Assembly (NCBI GenBank): GCA_019057385.1
Contig: JAHQJS010000004.1
Span: 480,001-544,000, forward strand
Direction of reading: 5' to 3'
Origin: Candidatus Borrarchaeum weybense
Lineage (GTDB): Archaea; Asgardarchaeota; Sifarchaeia; Borrarchaeales; Borrarchaeaceae
DNA: 64,000 bases
Shown: positions 31,679 to 43,026 of the stretch, piece after piece
Position numbering within the stretch: position 1 is the first letter of the stretch
Layout: every line of letters starts with the position of its first letter
Notes under the pieces: generated by a model
Databases searched by the model: none
Seen by the model: the letters and a program-made list of their open reading frames with translations, nothing else
Told to the model about the DNA's origin: nothing
Program-made: the position numbers and the translations under genes

Positions 31679-31828
31679 AAATTATTATTGTCGGTATTTC
31701 TAAGTTTATCCATAGCGTAGATCTTTTTCTAAGGTGTGGCCTCTTTTCCCTTATTTTTATTCGTATGTTCTTTTTTAGAGGCAATTATCTTTTAAATAGA
31801 AATTCCAACTAATATTAGGAGATTTTCA

Positions 31829-34534
31829 ATGTCCACTCCGATGATAAAGCAATGGAAGAAGTTCAAGAAACAAAATCCAGACACAATCTTATTTTTTCAA
31901 GCTGGTGATTTCTATGAACTGTACTATGAAGATGCGACGCTAGGACATAAGGAGTTGAATATCACTCTCACAGCCAAAAAAACAAAAAATGAAAAAATCC
32001 CGATGGCTGGTGTTCCGCTACATGCTGTCGAAAAATATATTTTACAACTTGTCAGAAAGGGCTACAAAATTGCTATATGCGACCAAGTAGAAGACGCTCA
32101 GGCATCGAAAGGAATAGTAAAAAGAGATGTCGTTCAAGTAATCACTCCTGGAACAATATTTGGAGATCAGCTTCTAGATGGGAAAATTAACAATTATCTC
32201 GTATCACTGGTGCGAAAAGGTTCGCATATCGGTCTAGCTATGGTAGATATTTCAACAGGAGAGTTTTTAGTTACCGAACTTACAGGAACTGATGCTTTTG
32301 AAGAATTTAAGAATGAAATAAACCGATTAAGTCCCGCCGAGATTCTGATACCAGAAAGTTTGCTTGATGACATGGATTTGAAATCAATAATAAGTCAAGA
32401 TCAATCAAGAATCATAACGCCTATAGATAGCTATTATTCAAGTTATGAAGAAACATACAAATTGTTAACTTCTCATTTCGGCACAATAAGTCTTGACGGT
32501 TTTGGGATTGAGTCACTTAAATTGGGTATTTGCGCTGCAGGAATGATAATTCATTATCTTAGAGAAACACAGAAAAGCAGCGAGCTGTATAATATCACTA
32601 AAATCGTTCCTTATTCCTTAAAAGAATATATGATGCTAGATGACCAAACTCTTCGAAGTCTTGAAGTTTTTAAAAATTTAAGAGATGGTACATCACAGTT
32701 CACCCTACTTGAGATTTTGGATCGAACTCATACACCTATGGGCAGCCGTCTTCTTAAAAAATGGTTAAGGCATCCACTAAATGACAAAGAGAAAATTCAA
32801 GAAAGATTAGATGCTGTAGACGTTTTTGTAACAAATACACTCTTGCAAGCTAATTTAAGAGAAATTCTATCGAATATTAGTGACATTGAACGAATAATCA
32901 GTAAAGTTGGCTTAGGAAAAGCAAATGGTAGGGATCTCCTAGCTTTAAAGGATTCTTTATTGTATATTCCAGCATTAAAAGATATCCTAAATATAGATTC
33001 TAAATTAATTTCAACACTAAAAGACCATCTATACAATCTATCAGATTTAGTTCAACTAATTGAGCGATCCATCAAAGAAGATTGCCCTTCTTCTGTTCGT
33101 GAGGGTAACATTATCAAACCCGGTTTTAATGAACATCTTGATGAACTTCAAAGCGTCCTTTCCGAAGGAACAGATTGGATTCTTAAATACGAGAAGGAAG
33201 AAAGACGCCGAACGAGGTTTGATAAACTCAAAGTAGGTTTTAATAACGTTTTTGGCTACTATATTGAAATAACACAAGCGGCTCTTCGAAAAGGTAAGGT
33301 TCCGGAAAACTATATTCGTAAACAAACGTTGGTTAATTCTGAACGATTCATAACGTCAGAATTAAAACAATGGGAGGATAAAATCCTCGGTGCTGATGAA
33401 AAAATCAAAAATCTCGAATATGAACTTTTTTGCGAGATAAGACAGGAAATAGCTAAACAGATTGATAAAATTCAAGAAAACGCACAAAGTATTGCTATTT
33501 TAGATGTTATATCCACTTTTGCTGAAATCGCATCACAGAACCAATATATCAAACCAACTATTCTGGATAGTGACCACATAAATATCGAAGGTGGACGACA
33601 TCCAGTTGTAGAAAAAGTACTTGGCGAAGAAAACTTTATTCCAAATGATACGCATTTAGATTCACATGGAAACCAAATAATGATCATTACAGGCCCGAAC
33701 ATGGCTGGAAAATCAACTTATCTTCGACAGGTTGCTCTAATTGTACTAATGGCTCATATTGGATGTTTTGTTCCAGCTAATAATCTCGCAAAAATTGGAT
33801 TATGTGATCGGATTTTTACAAGAGTTGGAGCATGGGACTTTATAGCCATGGAACTTAGCACGTTTATGGTAGAAATGGTTGAAGTAGCTAACATTCTCAA
33901 TAATGCAACAGCGAAAAGCCTGATTATACTTGATGAAGTGGGACGTGGCACTTCGACTTATGATGGGATGGCCTTGGCATGGGCAATAACAGAATTTTTG
34001 CATCAAAACTCGCATTCTGCCGGTAAAACGCTTTTTGCAACGCATTATCATCAACTAAACCAATTAGCTGGATATTACCCTCGCATAAAGAATTATCAGT
34101 TTGCGGTAAAAAGAAAAGGGCAAGAGATTTTGTTTTTACATAAAATTTTGGAAGGTGGAACTGACAAAAGTTACGGAGTGGAAGTTGCACGATTAGCAGG
34201 GCTTCCTCAAACAGTTGTTCGTAGAGCCAAGGAGATTCTAGATGTTTTTGAAAGTTCAGAAACTCCAACAGTTCTGAAATCAAAAAAGCTTCCGACCGAT
34301 AAACCTGAATTAACACAGCTAACACTTTTTGATGTTAACAAAATAAACTCTAATAAAAAAGAAAGGCTAGATCCAATGGAAGAAATTTCTCCAGAGCATA
34401 TTCTGGGTGATAAGATAATTAATGAACTTAAAAAAATAGATCTAGATAATATTACGCCTTTAAATGCCCTGAATGCACTCCATGAATTGAAAAAGAAACT
34501 AAATGAAGAAGATAATAAATACACTTATGAGTGA
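31829..34534 (+). CDS. mutS: DNA mismatch repair protein MutS
   Basis: TPMIKQ, GDFYEL, TGPNMAGKST, DEVGRGTST, ATHYH, SYGVEVA. Confidence 0.98.
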   Translation: MSTPMIKQWKKFKKQNPDTILFFQAGDFYELYYEDATLGHKELNITLTAKKTKNEKIPMAGVPLHAVEKYILQLVRKGYKIAICDQVEDAQASKGIVKRDVVQVITPGTIFGDQLLDGKINNYLVSLVRKGSHIGLAMVDISTGEFLVTELTGTDAFEEFKNEINRLSPAEILIPESLLDDMDLKSIISQDQSRIITPIDSYYSSYEETYKLLTSHFGTISLDGFGIESLKLGICAAGMIIHYLRETQKSSELYNITKIVPYSLKEYMMLDDQTLRSLEVFKNLRDGTSQFTLLEILDRTHTPMGSRLLKKWLRHPLNDKEKIQERLDAVDVFVTNTLLQANLREILSNISDIERIISKVGLGKANGRDLLALKDSLLYIPALKDILNIDSKLISTLKDHLYNLSDLVQLIERSIKEDCPSSVREGNIIKPGFNEHLDELQSVLSEGTDWILKYEKEERRRTRFDKLKVGFNNVFGYYIEITQAALRKGKVPENYIRKQTLVNSERFITSELKQWEDKILGADEKIKNLEYELFCEIRQEIAKQIDKIQENAQSIAILDVISTFAEIASQNQYIKPTILDSDHINIEGGRHPVVEKVLGEENFIPNDTHLDSHGNQIMIITGPNMAGKSTYLRQVALIVLMAHIGCFVPANNLAKIGLCDRIFTRVGAWDFIAMELSTFMVEMVEVANILNNATAKSLIILDEVGRGTSTYDGMALAWAITEFLHQNSHSAGKTLFATHYHQLNQLAGYYPRIKNYQFAVKRKGQEILFLHKILEGGTDKSYGVEVARLAGLPQTVVRRAKEILDVFESSETPTVLKSKKLPTDKPELTQLTLFDVNKINSNKKERLDPMEEISPEHILGDKIINELKKIDLDNITPLNALNALHELKKKLNEEDNKYTYE

Positions 34535-36323
34535 TGTCTCTGTGAGTCAAATTGTTGTTTTATCGGAAGAAATCATCAACAAGATCTCCGCGGGAGAAGT
34601 GGTTGAGCGCCCAGCAGCAGTCGTTAAAGAATTAGTCGAAAATGCAATTGACGCAGGTGCAACAAAAATCATTGTTAAAATCCAAGAAGGAGGAAAAAAA
34701 TCAATCTATGTTTCAGATAATGGAGTTGGAATGTCACAAGAGGACGCTGAGTTAGCTCTCCTTCGATATACAACCTCAAAAATAAGAACTGCTAAAGACT
34801 TAACGAATATTTCTACATTAGGCTTTAGGGGTGAAGCATTAGCAAGTATTTGCGCTGTTTCACGGCTGGAATTAGTTACAAGGACTGAAGATCAAACTAC
34901 TGGTACTAAAATAATTGCAGAAGGTGGAATAATCAAAGAAAAATCAGAAGTTGCTTCTCCAATTGGAACGATGATCTTTGTTCGTGATCTCTTTTACAAC
35001 ACACCTGCACGAAAAAAATTCTTGAAAATTGCCCCAACTGAGTTTAACCATATTTTTAACGTTATACGGCATTATGCACTACGTTACTCAACTATCTATT
35101 TCCAACTTATTCATAATGATAGAGATATTATTAGTACTCCAAGTAAAACACTTCTTGGTAGAATTACTGATATTTACGGGAAAGATATTGCTCAAGAGAT
35201 GATTTCAGTCGATTATTCAGCAGATGACATTAAAATAACTGGATATATCTCAAGTCCAAATTTAACACGAGGAGATACCTCTTATCAATCGATTTTTGTG
35301 AACTCTAGATATATTAAAGATAGCCAACTTACGAAGAGTATTGAAAATTCTTATGGTCAATTACTGGAAAAAAGGAGACATCCCATTATAATTCTCAATT
35401 TAGAAATAAACCCAAGAGAAGTCGATGTTAATGTTCATCCAACAAAACGTGAAATACGTTTTAGCAAAGAAAAACTAGTTTTTGAGGCGCTTAAAACATC
35501 AATTTCTAACGCACTAGCCGAAAAGGACCATATTCCTTCCGTAGAGATTAGAGAAGAACCGCTTTTAAGAACAACTATACATCCAGATACTCTAATCGAA
35601 GAAACTGTTGGTCATGATACAAGTAAGTCAGAAGATATTATGAAAATGACTATGAGTAAATCCGAAAGCCCTTCAATAACTCCACCACTACGTTACTTCG
35701 ATTCATCAGCAGAGTCTGTAGCACCTCTAAGGAAGGACTTTACTATAGATAAATTAGGGGATCTAGTCCTACTAGGTCAGGCTCATTTCACTTATCTTAT
35801 ATTTCAAGACAAAGAAGGGCTAATACTTGTAGATCAACACGCTGCAGATGAGCGTGTGCAACTTGAAAAACTAACCAAAAAATACATGAACTCAATAGAT
35901 ACTCAGGACCTTCTCGCCCCAATAAAGATAGAACTTAAATCACACGAAAGCGAGATGCTAAAAGACAATTTAGATATTTTAAATGAATATGGGCTCAATA
36001 TTGAACACTTTGGAGGAACAACATTCGTTATTCGTAGTCTGCCAATCGGTCCTGTAGATGTTAAGGAAATAAAGGAAATGGTTGAGGAATTACTCTCATC
36101 TGGCGATCTGGAAAACAAAGAAACACTGAAGGAAGCAATAATTAAATTGATGGCGTGTCACTCCGCCATAAGGGCCGGTGAGAAACTTTCAGTCGATACA
36201 AGCCTATCCTTAATAAAAAATCTATTTCAAACTGAAAATCCATATACCTGTGCTCATGGTCGACCAACTCTGATACGAATAAGTAGTAAACAATTGGAGA
36301 AGTTATTTAAACGAATTGCTTGA
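34527..36323 (+). CDS. mutL: DNA mismatch repair protein MutL
   Basis: AGEVVERP, ELVENAIDA, GFRGEAL, DQHAADER, CAHGRP. Confidence 0.98.
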   Translation: MSDVSVSQIVVLSEEIINKISAGEVVERPAAVVKELVENAIDAGATKIIVKIQEGGKKSIYVSDNGVGMSQEDAELALLRYTTSKIRTAKDLTNISTLGFRGEALASICAVSRLELVTRTEDQTTGTKIIAEGGIIKEKSEVASPIGTMIFVRDLFYNTPARKKFLKIAPTEFNHIFNVIRHYALRYSTIYFQLIHNDRDIISTPSKTLLGRITDIYGKDIAQEMISVDYSADDIKITGYISSPNLTRGDTSYQSIFVNSRYIKDSQLTKSIENSYGQLLEKRRHPIIILNLEINPREVDVNVHPTKREIRFSKEKLVFEALKTSISNALAEKDHIPSVEIREEPLLRTTIHPDTLIEETVGHDTSKSEDIMKMTMSKSESPSITPPLRYFDSSAESVAPLRKDFTIDKLGDLVLLGQAHFTYLIFQDKEGLILVDQHAADERVQLEKLTKKYMNSIDTQDLLAPIKIELKSHESEMLKDNLDILNEYGLNIEHFGGTTFVIRSLPIGPVDVKEIKEMVEELLSSGDLENKETLKEAIIKLMACHSAIRAGEKLSVDTSLSLIKNLFQTENPYTCAHGRPTLIRISSKQLEKLFKRIA

Positions 36324-36360
36324 AAACCAATCCACCTTGAAGATCTGAAGTTCGATATTC

Positions 36361-37743
36361 TTAAATACATATTAAGATGATCAGATCCATCACATTAGTG
36401 CCAGTTGGCCCAGTAAGTACCAAATCGCTGAGCTCTTGGAAAAAATGATAGGCGTCGTTGTTTTCTAAACGTTTTTGGGGCTCTAATCCCTTCTCTTTTG
36501 CTCTCAATATTGTTGAAGGACCAATAAGCGCACCTGCTGCGTCAGTAGGTCCATCGATTCCATCAGTACCAATGGATCCAAAAGCAACTCCTTCCATTTT
36601 TTCTCCTATTTTTATGGCCGCCCCCAAACTGACCTCTTGATTTCTCCCTCCCTTTCCAGTTCCAGTTACTGTTACTGTCGTTTCTCCACCTGCTATGATG
36701 GCACATGGTTTAGGGAGTGGGTGTCCATGCGTATGAATTTCTTTTGCTATTGCTGCAAAAGCAATGCCGATTTGACGCGCTTCACCTTCCAATGATGATG
36801 TTAGAATGAGGCTATTTAATCCAAGTTCTTCTGCTCTAAGTTTCGCAGCAGTACAAGCGCTAAAATTACTACCGATTATAACGTTATGGCAAGAAGAAGT
36901 CATTTCTTTGGGTGTTTCTGGGATTTTTTGAGCGAGTCCATCATTTAAACGTCTTTTTATAGTCTCTGGTGTCTCATCCCAGAGTTTATAGCGCTGAAGA
37001 ATTGCAATTGCGTCTTGATAATGGGTTTCATCAGGGGCAGTAGGACCTGATGCAATGGAATCCAGAGGATCACCTACCACGTCTGATAAGATTAAACTAA
37101 TCAATGAAGCGCCATGTTTACAAGCATGCTTTGCAAGTTGCCCTCCTTTAAAATTCGAAATGTGTTTTCTGATGGTATTAATCTCGTGAATTGTAGCTCC
37201 AGATTTTAGAAGATCCTTTGTGATTTGCTGTTTTTCTTCTAACGAAATTTCTCCTGCTGGAGCTGGCATTAAAGCAGATCCACCTCCTGAGATCAATGCA
37301 ATAATCAAATCATCCTCTTTAGCTTGACCCACTAAGTCTAACATTTTCTTAACACCATTTATGCCATCAATTGAAGGAACTGGATGATCTGCTTCATTCA
37401 AGTTAATTGACTTCGTTTTAAAACTTGATTTTGTCCCTCGTAAGATATTTATCTCACCTGAGGTTATTTTATCTCCCAGGATTGCTTCCAATGCTTCTGC
37501 CATAGTTCCACTAGCTTTACCTCCCCCTACAACAAAGATCCTTTGCAGTTTTTTGAGATCAAAGTCATATTTTTCAATATGTAAGATGTTATCTTCTCGC
37601 TCAAATTGTACATATTTTTGGATTGCATTTTTTGGATCGACTGAATTAATTGCCTTTTCTACGATATCAAGTAAGATCTCTCTGCACTGTTTGTCCTTTT
37701 CATTACGTGCATTTTTAATTAATTCTGCTTTGTTCTTAATCAA
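36361..37743 (-). CDS. Glycerate 2-kinase (GckA/TtuD, MOFRL family)
   Basis: GGGKA, ISGGGSAL, SDVVGD, GGETTV, GGRNQE, GTDGIDG, TGPTGTNV. Confidence 0.93.
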   Translation of the reverse strand: MIKNKAELIKNARNEKDKQCREILLDIVEKAINSVDPKNAIQKYVQFEREDNILHIEKYDFDLKKLQRIFVVGGGKASGTMAEALEAILGDKITSGEINILRGTKSSFKTKSINLNEADHPVPSIDGINGVKKMLDLVGQAKEDDLIIALISGGGSALMPAPAGEISLEEKQQITKDLLKSGATIHEINTIRKHISNFKGGQLAKHACKHGASLISLILSDVVGDPLDSIASGPTAPDETHYQDAIAILQRYKLWDETPETIKRRLNDGLAQKIPETPKEMTSSCHNVIIGSNFSACTAAKLRAEELGLNSLILTSSLEGEARQIGIAFAAIAKEIHTHGHPLPKPCAIIAGGETTVTVTGTGKGGRNQEVSLGAAIKIGEKMEGVAFGSIGTDGIDGPTDAAGALIGPSTILRAKEKGLEPQKRLENNDAYHFFQELSDLVLTGPTGTNVMDLIILICI

Positions 37744-37850
37744 TACAAAAACCCCGCAAACATAAGGTAAGTATTTTTAAATGAACTCTTAAGTTGTCAC
37801 ATAACATTTTCAAAAACTTCCATATAAAAAAATCGTAGGAACGAGATGTC

Positions 37851-39986
37851 ATGGCTTTTGAACTTGATCCAACACTCTTAACCGTCATTATAGTTTTCTT
37901 TATACTCATATCAATTGAAGCTATTCCGATCGTCGCATTAGCATTAGAGTTCTTTGTGGTGCTTTTACTTACTGCAGTTCCTCCGCTTCTCACGATAATC
38001 ATCGGGACGGTTGGCATTGTTATAGGCTCCATGATCTCGTATTCCTACACATATCTACTCTCCGAGAAAGTCCCATGGATACGTAAACTTTTAGAAAAGA
38101 AGAAGATTGAACGTATGATAAGGTTTTTTAACAAACGTGGCGATCCACTTCTTATTGCAACTCGTTGCATACCATTTCTTCCATTTAGACCTATGAATTT
38201 CGTTTGTGGGGCAACAAAATACCCTTGGAAAAAATATTTCCCTATAACACTGTTTTGCTCATTTGTTCGAGTGTCTATAATAGTTGCTATTGGTCAAGAG
38301 ATCTTAAAACTTAAGGTGAGTTTACTCCCTCTGTTTATTGTTCTGTTCATAGTCATAATCATTATTGGCATTATAGTTGACAGAGTTCTAAGTAAGGTCA
38401 TAGCTAAAGAAACACTTGAAAGCACAAGTCAAGAAATTCCATCTGTCCCGACATCAGCAACAGATTCCTGCGAATCTATTGAGAAAACGCATGGGTTGAA
38501 GCGCCTAGAAATTTATGCGGCACGTATGTGGAATTTACTTAATGAAGGGAAGTCCTTCTTTTTGATATTTTCCGTTTTTATTATCTTATTGCGTGTAATA
38601 ATTATTCCTTTTCTTATTTTGGTGGGCGCAAACTTTTTTCCTATGGACGGTCTCTTAATATTATTAATTAATTATAGCAATACTAGCCTTATTTCATCGG
38701 TCTTGTTTATAATTCCTTTTCTCGTCGTGTTCATAATCTTTGATTTTCCTCTTAAGTATCGAGTATTTCTTTGGGTTCTTTTAGGTGTTTTCTTCCTTAT
38801 TTTTCAGTATATTGATTTAATCTCTTCAATTTTGATCTTAATATTCTATTTTTTCTTCACCGTTTTTCTATGGGGGTCTATTTATTATCATTTTCGAGTT
38901 GGCACGTCTCTCACAAATTTTAGAAGATTTTGGAAACTCGTCTTAGAAAACCCTGATTCGACAAGTGGAAATTCACTCGAACAACTTCCAAAAATTTTTA
39001 TCACGGTATCTTTGTTTACGTTTTTACTTCGTAATCCTATAACTAACTTGACTGATAATTTATTCCTACCTTACCTTATTTTATTGATACTTGCAGTTTC
39101 TATGGGACTTTTATCTCATCTACTCTACTTTAGGATTATCCCAAGAGAAACTGGAGTTCATACAACAATTATAAATAATGAACGACTTGTTGACCGCATA
39201 TATGTCATTGTAATTGATGGATGCCGAAGGGATCGGTTAGAAGAAGCTGATACTCCTACTATTGATTATTTACGTAACGAAGGAACTGAATATTCTAATA
39301 TGAGGACAGTTTACCCTGCAAGGACAGTTGTTTGTTTCTCAAGCATGTTTACTGGTGCTGGCAAAGAAAAACATGGTGTGACAAGTAATTTGGTACTCAA
39401 GTCGTTTTTCGGGAAAAAAGGAGTTAAAGTGGAATCTATTTTCGATACACTAGAAAAAAATAACATGAAAGGTCGGATGGTTGCAATTGCGCATCTTATT
39501 GATGCATTTGGAGAAAAAATTGTACAAACAGTGAGCGCTGTTTGTCCCAACGACCTAATCGATGGAGTCATTTTTAAGACAGCAGAATCAATCATTGAAA
39601 AAGAAGATCCAGAGTTACTCGTAATTCAACTCATTTCAACTGATCAGACGGGTCATGTATTCGGCAGTTCATCCCTAGAGTATCTGCAAAAAATTGAAGA
39701 AACTGATAAAAAGATTTCAGAATTTCTTGAATGGCTGAAGGAGAAGGATAAACTTAAGAATTCAGTCATCGTCATTATGGCTGATCATGGGCAATCTCAT
39801 CGAGGTATCGGTGCACATGGACACTGGGACAAAGGCGAACGAGAAGTGCCTTTTATTATATGGGGTCATACAATTAAAAAAGGTGTAAAAATCGATAAAG
39901 AAGTCAGAATATTAGACCTTGCACCAACTTTAAGTTATCTATTTGGAATTCCTCCACCCAAAGAGTCAATCGGCATTGTTCTCTAG
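37851..39986 (+). CDS. DedA/VTT domain + TM region + alkaline-phosphatase-superfamily domain
   Basis: ATRCIPFLP (DedA); VIVIDGCR, YPART, DQTGH, ADHG, HG metal ligands. Confidence 0.8.
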   Translation: MAFELDPTLLTVIIVFFILISIEAIPIVALALEFFVVLLLTAVPPLLTIIIGTVGIVIGSMISYSYTYLLSEKVPWIRKLLEKKKIERMIRFFNKRGDPLLIATRCIPFLPFRPMNFVCGATKYPWKKYFPITLFCSFVRVSIIVAIGQEILKLKVSLLPLFIVLFIVIIIIGIIVDRVLSKVIAKETLESTSQEIPSVPTSATDSCESIEKTHGLKRLEIYAARMWNLLNEGKSFFLIFSVFIILLRVIIIPFLILVGANFFPMDGLLILLINYSNTSLISSVLFIIPFLVVFIIFDFPLKYRVFLWVLLGVFFLIFQYIDLISSILILIFYFFFTVFLWGSIYYHFRVGTSLTNFRRFWKLVLENPDSTSGNSLEQLPKIFITVSLFTFLLRNPITNLTDNLFLPYLILLILAVSMGLLSHLLYFRIIPRETGVHTTIINNERLVDRIYVIVIDGCRRDRLEEADTPTIDYLRNEGTEYSNMRTVYPARTVVCFSSMFTGAGKEKHGVTSNLVLKSFFGKKGVKVESIFDTLEKNNMKGRMVAIAHLIDAFGEKIVQTVSAVCPNDLIDGVIFKTAESIIEKEDPELLVIQLISTDQTGHVFGSSSLEYLQKIEETDKKISEFLEWLKEKDKLKNSVIVIMADHGQSHRGIGAHGHWDKGEREVPFIIWGHTIKKGVKIDKEVRILDLAPTLSYLFGIPPPKESIGIVL

Positions 39987-40026
39987 TCAAGCGCCTCAAA
40001 TATTCCCCTATGTTTGAAGAACCCAC

Positions 40027-42216
40027 ATGGTCCTTAAAATGAGGTTAAATGCAATTAAGAAGTACCGGATTGGTCTTGTCGTCGTTGTTATCATAAATTT
40101 TCTATTGACACTACCAAGACTGTATGAGGGAATTCCTTCTGGAATCGATTCAAACAGCCATTTATTCAAATGTATCTATATTTTTGAGTTTACAAAAAGG
40201 TTCGGTCATTTTCCGAGTTGGAGCGATGCATGGTACGGTGGCTATCCGATTTCTCTATTTTATCCTCCATTGAGCTACCACATTGCGGTTTTTGTAATGC
40301 AATTTGGCGTCCCGCCTCTCCTCGCTTATAAACTAATTGAAATCATCTTCTACGCATTAGTAACTCCGTTAGCAGTTTATACGTTAACCCAGGGACTTAA
40401 ATTTAAAAAAGGAGTGGGGGTTTTTGCAGCGTTATTGTTTAGTGGAATACCTGAAGTTTTATTAAACTTGATGAGGATGGATAGATACCCAAACATCATA
40501 GTTATTCCACTCGTTTGTCTATTCTTTGGAATATTCTTCCGTATGAAAGGAACAAAATATTTTGTATTATCTTACGTTTTGTTAGGCAGCATTTTTCTTA
40601 CTCACCATCTGACCGCTGTGTACATCAGCTTGCTTTTTCCAATCTATATTCTTTATCAGAGATTGAATGGAGTCAAAATCTCAAAGAGTTTTCTAGTAAG
40701 TTTATCTGTGCTTATTTGTGCATTTATTATCGCGGCATTTTGGACATTTCCATTTGTGCTAAACTTAAATCAATTACAAGAAAATCCCTTTATTAACAGG
40801 TCCATCCTGGGATCACATACCCTCTTTGACACATTAACAGATATCAAATCTATTGGACTTGGACAAGTTTTGCTTATGCTTTTCGCAGGCGTGTTTTTAG
40901 TGGTTGCGTCATTCAAAAAGCATCTTGAAGGATTGCTTCAGAGATTTTTTCAAAAAAGTAGTTTCTTTCTTGTATTCTTCTTTTCAATTCTTGCTTTTGT
41001 CTCATTCTCCTCCTATATAATCTTCCAAGATCTTTTAGACATCATATATTTGCTTTTACTTGGCTTTGTAGTTCTAACTCTGATTTTCCAGATTCCTTCA
41101 ATCAATGCAACAAAGTTTTTTGAAAAGAAAGCATCATCGGTAATTTTCTGTCTTATCTGGTTTGTCCTATTTTTTTGGCTAGGACAAGGCGATGAAGCAT
41201 TATTATATCAATTATTACCTTATTGGCAAAAATTGGACCCTGACCGTTTTATCCTGTTTTCTTCGATTCCTTTAGCAATCCTTGGAGGATTCATATTAAA
41301 TCATATTCTAACTACTTTTAATTCTGTCAACATCCACTCATTCTATCCTGTCCATACGAAAGAGCGGAGGTTTCTAGTATTCACTGGTTTGATGATATCC
41401 CTACTCGCTTTGAATTCCATTCAATTACAAAGGCATACTACGGATCCCACTTTGTATCGTGAAAATCATGAGTTTCCAAATGAAGTGTTTACTTATTTTG
41501 AAAGTCAAAAGGATTCTGGAAGAATCTTACCGATTCATTGTCCTAACTGGATCTATTCTTTTCCGGTAATTGGTGGTAATAAGTCGATCATTGACGGCTG
41601 GTACCCACAAGGACGTTTATTAACACCAATTCGATCGATAAGATCTTATTCTATTAATTACCTGTCTCTAGACGCAAATAGAACAGAAATTTGGAGTAAC
41701 CTTATTGAAAATGCTGAAAATCTTGCTATTGGATGGATACTTCTTGGAGATGCACAGTATGCAGACCTTATTCCACTAAATGAATTCACTTTGGAGTTAT
41801 ACGCTGATGGCATCTTTATTTACAAAGCGAAATTCAAAGTCGGCATGATTACTACAAATCCAGATTACTTGATCGATAAATGCGTACTCAGAAGGTATTC
41901 CGCTGAAAAATTTGTGATTGAGGTTCAGGACCTTACTAGACCTGCAGAAATAATCATCAAGGAGGCATACTTTCCATATTGGACAGCCTATGTCGATGGC
42001 ATCCCAGTAGATGTTTCAAAAAATGTAGATGGATTTATTCAAGTGAATATAAATCAAACTGGAGATTTCACTATTGAATTAAAATACGAAGAAAAGTTTG
42101 CCTTCGCTGCTGGAGTATCTTTTCTAGCCTTGTTTGGAATTCCCATTCTTTTAGAGATCTTTCGAAGAAATGTCTATGCAAAGAATACTCGACTGAGGAA
42201 ACTTTTTAATTTGTGA
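40027..42216 (+). CDS. Multi-pass GT-C-type membrane glycosyltransferase (YfhO/PTPS-related membrane protein)
   Basis: GIDSNSH, WSDAWYGGYP...FYPPLSY, KEAYFPYWTAYVDG. Confidence 0.75.
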   Translation: MVLKMRLNAIKKYRIGLVVVVIINFLLTLPRLYEGIPSGIDSNSHLFKCIYIFEFTKRFGHFPSWSDAWYGGYPISLFYPPLSYHIAVFVMQFGVPPLLAYKLIEIIFYALVTPLAVYTLTQGLKFKKGVGVFAALLFSGIPEVLLNLMRMDRYPNIIVIPLVCLFFGIFFRMKGTKYFVLSYVLLGSIFLTHHLTAVYISLLFPIYILYQRLNGVKISKSFLVSLSVLICAFIIAAFWTFPFVLNLNQLQENPFINRSILGSHTLFDTLTDIKSIGLGQVLLMLFAGVFLVVASFKKHLEGLLQRFFQKSSFFLVFFFSILAFVSFSSYIIFQDLLDIIYLLLLGFVVLTLIFQIPSINATKFFEKKASSVIFCLIWFVLFFWLGQGDEALLYQLLPYWQKLDPDRFILFSSIPLAILGGFILNHILTTFNSVNIHSFYPVHTKERRFLVFTGLMISLLALNSIQLQRHTTDPTLYRENHEFPNEVFTYFESQKDSGRILPIHCPNWIYSFPVIGGNKSIIDGWYPQGRLLTPIRSIRSYSINYLSLDANRTEIWSNLIENAENLAIGWILLGDAQYADLIPLNEFTLELYADGIFIYKAKFKVGMITTNPDYLIDKCVLRRYSAEKFVIEVQDLTRPAEIIIKEAYFPYWTAYVDGIPVDVSKNVDGFIQVNINQTGDFTIELKYEEKFAFAAGVSFLALFGIPILLEIFRRNVYAKNTRLRKLFNL

Positions 42217-42270
42217 ACATATTCTTGTGGTGTATCATTCACTAGAACAATTAAACCATATCCCCCTATT

Positions 42271-43026
42271 ATGCAGAAGCATCATAAGACGGCGAAATCA
42301 ATGGAAAAAACTAAAAATAAAAAGTTAGCCAAAAAAAAGTCACTTTTTATTATGATACCTGCTTATAACGAAGAAAATTCGATCGCTGAAGTCATTCATA
42401 GAGCTAATAATATTAAAATAAACAATGTTGAAATTATCACTCTTGTCATAAATGATGGCTCTAAAGATAACACTGAACGTTTAGCAGCAGAATCAGGAGC
42501 AGATTTAATTGTGTCACATAAAGTTAATAGAGGTCTAGGGGCAGCAATACGGACTGGTGTCGAAAAATCATTAGAAAACGGGGCTGATATGGCTGTTATG
42601 TTAGATGCTGACGGTGAGTATACACCAGAAGAAATTCCAGCATTAATTAAATTGATTTTACGCAATGAAGCTGACTATGTGTTAGGATCACGATTTATGG
42701 GATCAATACTTAAAATGAAAGTCCAAAGACGACTTGGAAACCTGTTTTTGACGGCACTTCTTATGTTATTTACGGGGCGACGAATTTCAGATGGACAAAC
42801 TGGTCTACGGGCATTTAGTAAACGTGCTCTACAAAATTTGGAGATTGTGCACGATTATAATTATGCACAAGTACTTACAATCGATTTACTAAGAAAAGGA
42901 TATCGACTCAAGGAAATTCCGATTTCCTATTCTTTCAGAAAAACAGGAAAAAGCTTTGTACGCTTTAAATCATATGCGTTGAAAGTTTTTCCAGCAATGA
43001 TTAAAGCACGACTCCGGCGTTTGTGA
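42271..43026 (+). CDS. GT2 glycosyltransferase (DPM1-like)
   Basis: IPAYNEE, INDGSKD, LDADGEY, GSRF, DGQTGLRA. Confidence 0.92.
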   Translation: MQKHHKTAKSMEKTKNKKLAKKKSLFIMIPAYNEENSIAEVIHRANNIKINNVEIITLVINDGSKDNTERLAAESGADLIVSHKVNRGLGAAIRTGVEKSLENGADMAVMLDADGEYTPEEIPALIKLILRNEADYVLGSRFMGSILKMKVQRRLGNLFLTALLMLFTGRRISDGQTGLRAFSKRALQNLEIVHDYNYAQVLTIDLLRKGYRLKEIPISYSFRKTGKSFVRFKSYALKVFPAMIKARLRRL

